64,000 nucleotides of DNA, taken from positions 44,578,001-44,642,000 of the forward strand of contig NC_043001.1 of NCBI RefSeq assembly GCF_006345805.1, in the 5' to 3' direction. The DNA comes from Octopus sinensis (taxonomy: Eukaryota). The translations under genes were made by a program, and so were the position numbers. The notes beneath the pieces are model-generated. The model was not told where the DNA came from. It saw only the letters and a list, made by a program, of their open reading frames with translations, and did no database searches. Positions 1 to 11,515 of this stretch are shown one piece after another; the stretch's first letter is position 1; every line of letters begins with the position of its first letter.

Positions 1-1034
1 AGGAAGATTAGAAAAACGCCTTCGCCTCTTCGACAACGAAAGAAGTCAGCGGCAATTTTTAGTGACTTTATCACTCTTTAGGGAAACCAGTTTTGAATAT
101 ATGGGAGAATAAGTGTGAGGTGTCGAATCAACAAGGGAGCTTCCACGTTAAGGGTTCAGTCTTAAAATGGGAACCAAAAACCAAAAGTCTGAGGGTATGC
201 CACTCGAACCCTGAGAAAAAAAGAAAACAGAGGAAAAATTCAAAAAGCCTTATGATTGATTTTCTTTTCTGTTCCTTGTTATCTGTAAAGTTAAACTCAC
301 GTCTAATATAACTGGATTAGGATAATGATTTTGATAGTCTGGCAAAGCGGGTATGATGGCATATTGGCCAATTCTTTGAGGTCGAGACTCGTAGAAAAGA
401 TAAGAACCTCTGCTCTATGTAGTCGTTTGACCGGCTAGAAATAACAGCCAAAAATCTCTCGAAGCGATACCCTATTGCCTTAAAAAAAACTGGTATACAC
501 TACGTCTGAAAACAGATTGGGGTAGTTACAGCTGGGACAAATAGGTTGGGGTAGTTAGAGCTGGGACGTCATTTATCAGAGGTCTCCTGGTTCAGCACTG
601 ATATGTGGGTAAACAGCTCTACTGAAGAAGCCTCTGTGAGGTCGCATGAGCAGCTAAATCTCCCTCATATCACTTCCTACCGTCTCAAGAAAAAAGGGCG
701 CATTAAGTAATGCAGTACTACATAGCTCTTATACAAGACTTAGTCACTGTTGATCTTTGGTCTACGCTAACTTGTGGTTAAACAACCAGATATACGAACC
801 GACGGGGATTAATCATCTGGTTGCTAGATATAGTTGCCAAATCACTAAATAAAGCTCTTCCGTTTGTCCTCAATACACTGAGAGTTTAAATGAATGAATG
901 AATAGCGGAATTTCTTTTAAGTACTTTAGTTTCATTGTTGCTAGCTTTCTAATCATTTCTGTAAAAATTGTAGGCATATTTCTGTTATACACACATACAT
1001 ACATACATAGATGTGTGTGTGTGTGTGTGTGTGT

Positions 1035-1290
1035 GTAGGCACGTGGCCTAGTGTAAGGGGTATTGCACTCACGTTTGCAAGATTGTGGTTTCGATTCCAA
1101 GACTGGCACTGCGTTGTAAAAACACATTGGTCCACTCCACTCAGCAGTAACTGTGTAAACCCTACGACAGACTAGTGTTCCGTTGGTCTAGTCAACAGGG
1201 TGGCATCATTCTCGAAAACCACAACAATGCGAGGAAACGCATTGTGACCAGTGGTGTATAACAGCATCCGATAGTCTAATCGATAGAGTG
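1035..1290 (+). mobile_element. tRNA-derived SINE, family C, old copy
   Basis: A-box-like TGGCCTAGTG and B-box-like GGTTTCGATTCC in the head. The 3' part (cattgtgaccagtggtgtata...atccgatag) matches the copies at 6048-6308 and 63163-63472. Confidence 0.6.
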
Positions 1291-2201
1291 ATGTATATAT
1301 ACAATGGGTTTTTAAAAAAAATTTATAACTATTTTTACGCTTATAATTCTTTTTATATAGATGTGCAACTTCGTTGTTTTGAACCATATTGGATCTCTCT
1401 GAACAGGCATGACCAAACATATTCTAGCCAAATTCTTCACATCTTTTTTAAGGCATCATATGTCTAGAACTACTATTATCTAATATTCATTAGTTTGTTC
1501 TACCCGCCACACGCACAAGGCCATGCTAGAGCACCACATTTTTAAGGACAGGCGGGTGTAGTTTTAAGAATTGACTGCTATTTCTCGCAGATCGAAAGGG
1601 GTTCGTATTGGCTCGTGCAGTTTATGCAAAATCAGTAAAGTGTCAGACAAAATGCCTTTTGGCCTCTTCACATTCCGAATTCAGATCACGCTGGTGTCGA
1701 TTTCGATGATCGATAAAATAAGAACTGAAGTTAACATAATATACTGTCTCCGATACAGGCGACAATTGACCCCTCAGAGATTCGACGAGAGAACAGGGGA
1801 GACCAGTGAAATCTAAGAAGAGATTTAATCAGTCAACTATTGTTTAGTTGTTTAGGAGATTATATCGAGCATGTGGAAACCGCTAGTCTTTACAATATAT
1901 AGGTGTTTGCTGCTAGTGACGGAGGAATGCCGTGAAACGTAAGACCGATAGGTAATTTGTCGGTTTACAAGCACGTGTGTACATAGCTTGTAAACTAATG
2001 TGTGTATGTGTGTGCGCGCATATGGATGCAATGGTCGCAGTCATAAGTCTTTTCAACAGGAGCTAGCCTGGGGCTAAACTACAGTTGTTGGTGAAAACAA
2101 TTTTCTCGTTTGCGCATTCGAATGTTTATAAGACACACATGCATACTCGGTGGAAGCTGCGTATTATCATCACGAATAATGCCATCAACCGGTTAATGTT
2201 A

Positions 2202-2446
2202 GGCACTACTTAAGAAGAGTGGTCCCGGTGCGCGCACTCGCGTACTCGCGCATCGGCGCTAGCTAGTCGTGACTAGTCGATCCTACAACGACTACCTAGC
2301 TAAATAAAACACAAAATAAATCATTTTTTTTACACAAAGTAAATAAAACAAAAACACAAAGTAAGGATCGACTAGTCACGACTAGCTAGCGCGGATACAT
2401 GAGTACGCGAGTGCGCGCACCGGGACCACACTTCTTAAGTAGTACC
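2202..2446. mobile_element. MITE (non-autonomous DNA transposon) with 83-bp TIRs and 9-bp TSD; Merlin- or Mutator-like
   Basis: TIRs at 2202-2284 and 2364-2446 (about 6 mismatches in 83), ends GGCAC/GTACC. Identical 9-bp flanks TTAATGTTA at 2193-2201 and 2447-2455. Confidence 0.9.
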
Positions 2447-2979
2447 TTAATGTTATCCAAATTAATGGTTTCCAACTTTATTATGCTTAATATTTTCAGC
2501 TAGTTGTTGTTATCGAAAGGCTTCATCCCAAAATGACCGCAGCAGACGGCTTCCACTTATATATAAATACATACATTTTGTATGTTTGTGCGTGTGTTTC
2601 GACAGAGAACGCAAAGGTCTGCAGTGTGGATGGGGGTGATATTTACAGTCATTCCCAGGAATGTGGCGTAATCCCATTACAATGACCCCGTCTTCGGTGA
2701 CGTAATAGTGCCAAGTAATGCCTACCTTCAGGCATTTGTATATAAATACACACACACACACATATATATATACATACATATACATACATACATACATACA
2801 TACATACACATAGAAACATTGTACATACAGAGACTAGTCAAACACGTTACCCACCCGTCATACATTTGGTAGGCATATTGGGGTACCCCACATCTGAGCT
2901 GTAACTTGTGTACACCTAACATAAGAAAGAAGTAAAGTATAATGCGTTACCACCAACCACCCCTTTTAAAGTGCGTATG

Positions 2980-2993
2980 TCAGACTGTGTGTG

Positions 2994-3028
<35 letters not shown>

Positions 3029-3483
3029 ATATATATATATTATATATATATATAATATATAATATATATATACATATTATTGTGTGTGTGTGTATGGTTT
3101 TGTATTATCTTCGTGATTTTACTTGTTTTTTCTCCACTAAAACGGAGAATGCGAGCTGGATAGACAGACAGACAGATGTGTCTGTGTGTGTATTTGTATA
3201 CGAACAAATGTATTTATATTTTTGTCTGTGTTTGCATGCATACATGTGTGCGTATATAAAGCTATGTAGTTATCTAAGAATCCCTAAGATGTATGTATAC
3301 ACGCGCACCCATACCTTACTTTTGCGAACGTATGTGTATATGAGTCTGTTACTGAACGTTCACAAACACACATACACATCAACAACGGTTTGTGCTGTTT
3401 CCCCCATTCGTACACAATATCTTTTTTGGCGGTTCGGTTCTCTTTCCCCCTCGTCTCCTCCAGCCTTTAAATGCCCTCCCTTA

Positions 3484-3523
<40 letters not shown>

Positions 3524-3937
3524 GTGTACGCATACATTCGCACACACACATTGACACCCACACACACTCACGCATATCGCACCAGCACCACCCGCTACTA
3601 CTACCAAGACACATGTCTGGATTAAGTTCGCATTTGTTGGAGAGAAATGTGGGGAGGAAGGAAATCAGAGGAATGCGTATGCATGAATGTGTGTGTGTGT
3701 GTGTCTGTGTTTTTGTGTGTGTGCTGTATGTCTCAGTATTTTTTTGTGTGTTCACGCGTAATCAAATTTAGTCTTTCTTTTATGGTAGGATATTAGCAAA
3801 AAAGAAAATCTTAAATATGTGTGTGTGTATTTCTGTATGCGTGTCTATATATATATATGTGTGTGTGTGTGTGTAGTGTATGTGTACGTATCTATGTAAG
3901 CACATTTAAGTTATATATTTCCATACACATACACGTG

Positions 3938-3984
<47 letters not shown>

Positions 3985-4034
3985 GCACACATATATACAC
4001 ACACACACATATATATACACACACACACATATAT

Positions 4035-4067
<33 letters not shown>

Positions 4068-4280
4068 CATATACATAAACATATACATATACATACATAT
4101 ATATATATGTGTGTATATATATATATATATCTTTATACATATGGTTGTGTGTGTATGAGAGAAGGAACATTATAATGTGTATTTAGAGAAAAATGAACTG
4201 TTTGCATGTGTGTGTGTATGTTTATGCTCACACACACGAGTGTGTGTGTATATAGATATATATATAGGTATTAATACCTT
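2980..4280. repeat. Compound (TA)n/(CA)n/(TG)n microsatellite cluster
   Basis: Long dinucleotide runs at 2995-3075, 3485-3520, 3690-3725, 3835-4150 and 4205-4270. Confidence 0.95.
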
Positions 4281-4639
4281 GCAAATATAAAGGAAATATT
4301 TTTGTTCAACGAAAGCCATTAGCAGAGCGCTCAGTAAAAAGTTTAAAAAGAAACATCGCGCTAATACAACTAATACGAAGAGACACTTGAAAATATTTGA
4401 TACAAGAAAAGACTTTACGAGGATTGAATTCTTTTTTTCAGACCAGATTAAGATTATCTGTGTTCTTGATGCCCCATTGCTTCTCTCACCGATTTCTACG
4501 TTGGAGTGTCGGTTAACAGTAAAATATTGATACAAATCACCTCTGCTTGCACTCTCATTGTTGAAGGTACCACTTGTTCATAGATTTCTACGAACATCTG
4601 ACTGCTAGAAACGCAGTCGTGTCCGATGAAGTCATACCG

Positions 4640-4790
4640 CGGGTGGTATGATTGTTTGGTTAAGAAGCTCGTTTTACAACCAAACGGTTTCGATTTCAGT
4701 CCCATTCCGTGGCACCTTGGTTAAGCGCTGGGGTGATGCCTTGTGAGTGAATTTGGTACATGGAAACTGCGTAGAAGCTCGTCGCCTATA
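4640..4790 (+). mobile_element. Degenerate tRNA/CORE SINE head (family A)
   Basis: ggtttcgatttcagtccc...gtggcaccttgg...ccttgtgagtgaatttggta...ggaaactg...gaagctcgtcg followed by (TA)n. Confidence 0.7.
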
Positions 4791-4835
4791 TATATATATA
4801 TACTCAAAATAAGCAACAAGAATATCTTCGGTAAT

Positions 4836-4925
4836 TTGGTACGATCGTTTCACGCTACATCATTTTATTAAACATTGTAAGTATTACAGCAGTTTTAAAA
4901 TGTTGAGCAATCATCAGCCATTTAT
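4836..4925 (-). ncRNA. Candidate type I hammerhead ribozyme (Penelope-like retroelement type)
   Basis: Minus strand reads UGG-CUGAUGA-(long foldable stem II)-GAAAC-GAUC-GUA-CCA. Stem III is the palindrome ACGAUCGU and the cleavage triplet is GUA. Stem I is only 3 bp. Confidence 0.6.
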
Positions 4926-5315
4926 AGAGGTTTTCCATTGATTGATTGATTCTAGTTTCAGCTCACGAGCTGTGGCCATGCTGGGGCACCGCCATTAATA
5001 CATATTTTCATATTAATTGATAATATTATAGAGAGGGTAGATATATAGACAGAGATGTATGTTGTGCTTTGTGTAGCATTGCTCCCCCGCCTCCGTTTGA
5101 CAGCTGGTGTTAGCTTGTTTACGTTTTTGTAACTTAACGGTTTGACAAAGAAACCGATTAAGTAAGCACCAGTCTTAAATTAAGCGCTTAGGTAATGGGG
5201 TTGATTTGTTCGACGAAAGCCTTCAATCCTCAACATGACCGCAATCCAATGACTGAAACATGTAAAAGATAAAAAGTTGTTTTTTATTTCGATATGTAGT
5301 CTGCTTTTATTGTGT

Positions 5316-5471
5316 GACTTGGCTGTGTGGTAAGAAACTTGCTTCCCAATCACATGATTCTGGACTCAGTCCCACTGCGTGGCACCTTGAGTAAGTGTCT
5401 CGGGCCGACCAGAGTCTTGTGAGTGGATTTGGTAGACGGAAACTGAAAGAAGCCCGTTGTCTATACTTATG

Positions 5472-5527
<56 letters not shown>

Positions 5528-6042
5528 AAAAAGGAGATGTGGAACACGAGTTGTGATATATAAAAAAGGAAATGAAGAAAATGCTGACAAAATAATTTAA
5601 GTCATTTAATTAGGTGAAAGTTCTTTTTACCGGTTGCGCATTTGTTATGCTTATCAAAAGAGCTTTTTTAAGAGAGATAGAGTTCCTTTCTGACAGATTT
5701 TTTTCCTCAAGAACTTTCACCTAATTAAATTACTTAAATTATTTTGTCAGCATTTTCTTCATTTCCTTTTTATATATATATATATATATTTATATAATAT
5801 ATTTATTTATATATATGTGTGTGTTGTGTGTACCTGTGTCTTTGTGTGTGTCCCCATCACCGTTTTTGACAACAGTTGTTGGTGTGTTTACGTTCCCGTA
5901 ACTTAGCGTTCGGTGAGAGCAACCGATAGAATAAGTACTAGGCTTAAGAAATATATCTTGATTTGTCGATTTGTTCGACTAAAACCTTTCAAAGCGGTGC
6001 TCCGGAATGGCTGAAACAGTCGAATGGCCGAAACAAGTAAAA
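5316..6042 (+). mobile_element. tRNA/CORE SINE family A1, interrupted in its (TA)n tract by a fold-back element
   Basis: Head tggctgtgtggtaagaaacttgcttcccaatcacatg...gcgtggcaccttgagtaagtgtc (MIR/CORE-like accttgggcaagt motif). Body gtttacgttcccgtaacttagc. Tail ccgaaacaagtaaaa. Confidence 0.85.
5557..5775. mobile_element. Fold-back element with about 68-bp inverted arms inside (TA)n
   Basis: Arms at about 5557-5624 and 5710-5775 are reverse complements except for one substitution and one A-run length difference. Both ends abut TA repeats. Confidence 0.85.
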
Positions 6043-6047
6043 CATTA

Positions 6048-6308
6048 TCAGATGTTGCTACACATCGCTGGTCACAATGCGCTTGGCATTGTTTTAGCCT
6101 TTAAATGACGCCACCCTGCTGGCTAAGCAAGCAGGCCAACAGAAGAAAGAGTGACAGAAAGTTGTGGCGAAAGAGTACAGCAGGGATCGCCACCCCCCCC
6201 CCCTACCGGAGCCTCGTGGATCTTTAGGTATTTTCGCTCAATAAACACTCACAACGCCCTGTCTGGGAATCGAAACCGCGAGTCCGCTAACCACTGGGAC
6301 ATTGCGCC
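6048..6308 (-). mobile_element. tRNA-derived SINE family C, young copy with a deleted anticodon arm
   Basis: Reverse complement aligns with 63163-63472. Head GGCGCAATGTCCCAGTGG...GGTTTCGATTCCC. Confidence 0.85.
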
Positions 6309-6341
6309 ATGTATACACACACACCACACACACACACACAC

Positions 6342-6386
<45 letters not shown>

Positions 6387-7324
6387 CATACACACATATA
6401 TATCCACACACTCACATATATATATATACATACATTATACATTATACACACACACACACACACTATCTGTTTCTTCCCTGTCTTATTTTTTCACAGACGG
6501 TGTAGGTTAGGTTTGAGGATTAGTGAAACAGCAGCTAAATAGTTACTTCTACTCTATTACCTCTGTCTCGTAGCCCCTTTCCGCCCTCTGTACCTCACCG
6601 CATCCCCACCACGGTCGTTCTGGGCTCTCCGCCACCGTCACCGCTATCCTTTTTCACTAACACCTTCTCCAACGTCACCCTGTTTAAGGAAGGAGGTTTA
6701 TATTCCCTATATCCCAACGCTCTCCCATTTAGTAGTGTGTAAGTTAGGAATAGCATGTATATAGCTGCTAAAAAAAAAAGCACGCACATTATATATATAC
6801 ACACACTTCTATCCTCACTTCCCTTTCCCATCTCTTTAAGGTAGACTACACACACACATACGTATATATACTTATGTGTAGGCAAGCACATTCATTCACA
6901 CTAAATCACAGCACAATTTTTGCTGTAGAATTTATAAGCTCCCATATGCACAGTGTGTATGTTTTTTCTTTAACTGAGAATATTCATTATGTTCATACGT
7001 GGTTATGTGTGCGTGTGTGTGTATCCATTTGTCTGTCTAGGTCTCAGCGTTTAACATGTGTACCTACACATACTCACACGCATTTTATATACTTACATAT
7101 AAATCCATATACAAGACTTCTATGCAGTCGTTAAACCTGCTAGGAATAACAGTCAAATCTCCCGAAAAATCATAACCCTACTGTTTCATAAATATAGGGC
7201 ATCTAATATATATTACATCCATATGTAGAAAGTATGGATGTAAAAAGGGCAACGAAAATAATGTATTTTTTCAAGTTCTTTTATTATTTTTTTCTTTTTT
7301 TACATAACTTCAGTTGCAAAGATG

Positions 7325-7734
7325 GGATCTTTTCGGTTTGAACGGCAGTTTTTAACATAATTTCTAGGTAACTAAAAAATTTTAAACTTCGTATACTGGT
7401 AGAATGTGTTCATAAAACAACTTTTTCTCTTGGCTTTATTGAGAAAATTCTATAGTTTGTAAGATATTTGTTGTTTTTTTTCTTCAATTTCTGCAATTTC
7501 AACCAATCAATGACGTCCATTGAGGTAAACAACATTCTGTGCCGTATGTATATATCCCTCGTTTAAGAAACAGATTGGGTTTATTTACATTTGTGAAGAA
7601 AAAAAGATACCCTTCCCCCCACCCCTAACCCTAAAACAGATTGAAATGCAATAGATCGATACTAGGGTCATAATTATGGGTAACAATTTCATATGACACC
7701 GTTAGAAAAAACTGCCGTTCAAACAGAAAAGATT
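7325..7734. mobile_element. About 400-bp MITE (GGATCTTTTCGG TIR family), copy 1
   Basis: TIR ggatcttttcggtttgaacggcagttttt ... aaaaactgccgttcaaacagaaaagat. Near-identical to 29922-30320. Confidence 0.9.
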
Positions 7735-7905
7735 GGTAAAATAAATCGATCTAGTTTAATCTTATGTTCATTTCCAAAATTTCTTAAAAGTAGTTTGAAG
7801 AGAAGCAGTAATTCGTTCAGAGAAAATTAACAAGTTTTTAATTAGAACATTTATAAGAAACAAGATTTACGTCGAACAATTGGTAGAAGTAGTGTTATGC
7901 ATGTA

Positions 7906-8320
7906 GGCGCAAGTGTGGTTGTATTGTACGAAGTTTGCTTCCCAACCACATGGTTCTGGGTTCAATCCCACTGCATGGCACTTTGGGAAAATGTCTTTCA
8001 CTATAGCCCTGGGTCAACTAAAACCTTGTGAGTGGATTAGTAGATGGAAACTGAAACAAACCTGTCATATATGTTTGTGTGTTTGTGTGTGTGCGTTATC
8101 GTCTCCTTGCCTTGACATCATGTCATAGTTGTAAACAAACGTCACCAACATGCAAGCAGTGTCCTTTGTTTCCAAGATGTCTGGTTATGCAGAAATATTT
8201 TACTTGGAAACAGGTGGAGGGTTAGTAATGGACAAAGCATCCATTCATAGCAAATCCACCTCAATAGATTCCACCCAACCCATGCAAGCATAGAAAAGTG
8301 GATGTTAAAACAAAGATGAT
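7906..8320 (+). mobile_element. SINE family A2 (tRNA/CORE head + RTE-type tail)
   Basis: Same head as A1 but a different body, ending acccatgcaagcatagaaaagtggatgttaaaacaaagatgat. Confidence 0.8.
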
Positions 8321-8757
8321 ATCATCATCATCATCATCATCATTTAACATCCATTTTCCATGCTGGCATAGGTTGGATGGCTTGACAGGAGCTGACAAGA
8401 CCAAGAGTCACACCAGGTTCCTTAGTTTGTTTTGGTTTGGTTTCAACAGCTGGACACCCTTCCTAATGCCAACCACTCCACAGTGTACTGGGTGTTTTTT
8501 TTTATGTGGCACCATCATCAGTGCTTTTTAAGTGACACCAACAGCAGTGCCTTCTACATGGCAGCAGCACCCACTTCAATAATAATCATCATCATCATCG
8601 TTTAACATCTGCTTTCCATACTAGCATGGGTTGGACGATTTTGACTGAGGGCTGGCAAACCAGATGGTTGCACCAGGCTCCAATCTTGATTTGGCAGAGT
8701 TTCTACGGCTGGATGCCCTTCCTAATGCCAACCACTCCGAGAGTGTAGTGGATGCTT
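8321..8757 (-). mobile_element. Two adjacent 5'-truncated RTE 3'-end copies
   Basis: (CAT)n-tttaacatc..ttccatgctggc/ctagcatgggttgga...gatgcccttcctaatgccaaccactcc occurs twice (8321-8572 and 8586-8757). Confidence 0.8.
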
Positions 8758-11137
8758 GAAATAAAGGGTTTTTTAATCGTGTGTAATATGATTGAAAAAT
8801 GTTGTTGAGACAAAGGAAGAGAATCAACATATATGATCAAGAAAGCCGACAGAATCGAAATACAATAAATTGCTTTGTTCAGCTGAAACGTATCTCATAA
8901 TAAGAGTAACTAAACAAGAATAGACAACAACCAAATTATGCTGTTCTTTCTTTGAATCTTTAAGTTCCATTTATTACAACCAGTGCATAGTGAAAAATGG
9001 TAAATAACTAAAACCTCACATGGCTGTATGAGGATTGCTACCCAAATAAATCACACACACTAACACTCGGTTCACTCTATCTACCTCTCTCTCCCCTTCC
9101 CCTCTCATTCTCTTATGCATCACATAAACATAAAATCTGTTGCCTGCCATCTGGTTCTTAACACCCCATCTGGCCATATTCATCAACCATATATCCTTTA
9201 TACTCATCAAACACACACACACACAATGTGCATTCATCAGTTACATACTTTTAATATCACACAATAATGTATGATGTTTACAAAGAAATAATTAAGCTCA
9301 TCTCTACATGACAGACCAGTCTACTAGAAAAAACAGCCAAATCTGTCTTAAATCAAGCCCTACTCTTTTTTTTTTTTAAATTTGAATGACTCATTGGATG
9401 ATAATCTGAAAAGAAATGGATTGTTCACAGCAAGATATCTGTTTACCATAATTCTGGTTGATCAGAGCTGACCTGGGGGTAAACAATAACCTCAATACCC
9501 ACACAATTTACATACATCATACTAATAAACATAAAAACAAACACTGTACATATCAGACACAGTGGTAAGATCTGAACTATTGACTTTATATTTCTCCGTT
9601 AGTCCAGCATCTTAATCTCACAGCTTTTGTACTTCAGCTAGGAACACACCTACAGACTTTTGTTCCCAGTGAATCTTCCACATTTTAGTTCTAACAAAGC
9701 ATAAGTAAAAAACCCTCATTGGAGTACTGCTTATTTGTATGGGTCTGTGCTATGGCTGCTTCACATTAAGACATGCTAGACCAGAGTTGAGGGACCTGAG
9801 CTGTAGCCTAATGGCTGACTACTTTTGAGCTTCTAAATGAAGTACTACATTTGGGGGAAAACTGATATGTTGGAATATATTTTTTTGTTGATTTTGATTT
9901 TATTTAAAGCATATCTTTTCAATTAATTGTGAATTTAAGAAACTCCAATTTATATTTCTTTATCTATAGCTGTAGTGTTTAAAATAATAACAATTGCATA
10001 TAAAACATGGAAATCCAAAGAAATTTTGCAAAAAATTACAATGGAGGTATATATTCTGAAAATCTACTTTTGTTTTTACACTTTGTTAAAGTTTTTAATG
10101 AATATTTGTATTTTATAAATTAATTGGTTTAGCAGCATCAAAATTTTCTTTTTGAAATGTGGCCTTGTTGGATGACATTGGCCTTCTAACATGAACAAGG
10201 TGTCCATTTCTATCCTTGATTATATCTCAAAGAAGGCCATCCATTCTAATTGGTAATTATTTACTCACCAATATACTAGAATCATTATTTCATTGAATTA
10301 CAGTTTCTTCTCCCTACCTCTTCTGTGATTCTGCTAAATTGTCCTCTGTTCTTTTGAAGTAGTGGATGGGTACCTTCTACTTCAAGACCTATCTATTTAA
10401 GCAATCTTTTTCTCTCTCATCACACTTACTCAGACTCACCACCTGACCCTTTGCTAAGCACTTCTCTTCCAGAAGATTGTGGTCTTCTCAGAACAACAGT
10501 CTTCTGGAACTCTCCACATCCACCCCTGTACATACCTTTCCTACAAACATTGACTTTTATATGTTTAAGATAGATATTAATTGCATAAATCTCGACATAC
10601 TTAGAAAGCCTACAAAAGTAATGGTGGCTGCCCCTTCTTCCTCTACATATCTTAAAAGAAAGTGTTTTTGTGTCTATATTTATGTGTATGTTTATCAGTG
10701 TAAACCAGGTTCAAGCCCTTTATGTTAACTTAGTCATTTGAGGAAAGAGATCAATAAAATAGATACTAGGCTAAAATATGTACTGGATTTCATATGATAG
10801 ATAAAACTCTCAAAGGAAGTGCTCCAGCATGGCCATGGCCCAGTGACTGAAACCAATGAAAGAATCAATAAAGGAAATATTTAATGTTTTTCCATTTGCT
10901 TTCTCTGCTTGTTATACTTAAAAGGAAGATTTGTAAATATGAAACAGTGCCAACATAAATGAAATATGGGATGTTTATTTAGAAGAAAAAGCATGTTGGC
11001 CTTGTTTTATTTAAAAACCATGCAGTATAAACTGAATAGCTTCACGACTTACAGGAAAGGTAATGGAGCCCCCTGCACTCCAAAATTGTGTATTTATTTT
11101 AGAAATTTTATTGTTTAATGATTTCTAGCTTAAGTAC

Positions 11138-11515
11138 ATCATCATCATTGTCATCATGTTAACATCTACTTTTCCATGCTTGCATAAGTTGGATGGGGCT
11201 TATTGATGCAAGTTTTCTACAACGAAGTGTCCTTCCTGTCACTAACCTTTACTTGTTCCCAAGCAAGGTAATATTTTCCCAAGGCTTAACTTGTTTCTAC
11301 AGGATATTGGAAATGAATGACACTGTTTGACAGTGACTCTCTTTTACAACTCTTATGCAATGTCAAGACAAGGATATACAAACATACGCACACTTCATGC
11401 AAACATACAGGCACATACATACAGTACGTTGTGGACTTTTTTCAGTTTCTATTTATGAAACTCACTCAAAAGGCTCTGGTCAGCCCTGGGCTATAGTAAA
11501 AGACACTTGCCCAAG
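11138..11515 (-). mobile_element. SINE family A2
   Basis: (CAT)n tail, ttccatgcttgcat, ccttcctgtcactaacc body, and ctatagtaaaagacacttgcccaag CORE segment. Confidence 0.75.

Noticed and set aside
2971-3771. Longest ORF (266 aa) and the many [16 protein letters not shown] ORFs
   Set aside because: These are translations of dinucleotide or trinucleotide microsatellites, which lack stop codons by construction.
4290-4535. Frames open on both strands (about 75 and 121 codons)
   Set aside because: AT-rich, no recognisable product, no consistent splice sites.
4598-4660. GAAAC...GTC...CCGATGA with hairpins, as a type II hammerhead
   Set aside because: No room for stem I, U4 is mutated, and it overlaps a SINE head.
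10150-10560. Faint RTE ORF2 C-terminal motifs on the minus strand (RRLLF*EDH, QLEWMA, LEG...RP)
   Set aside because: Motif spacing is far longer than in RTE ORF2, so the similarity may be chance.
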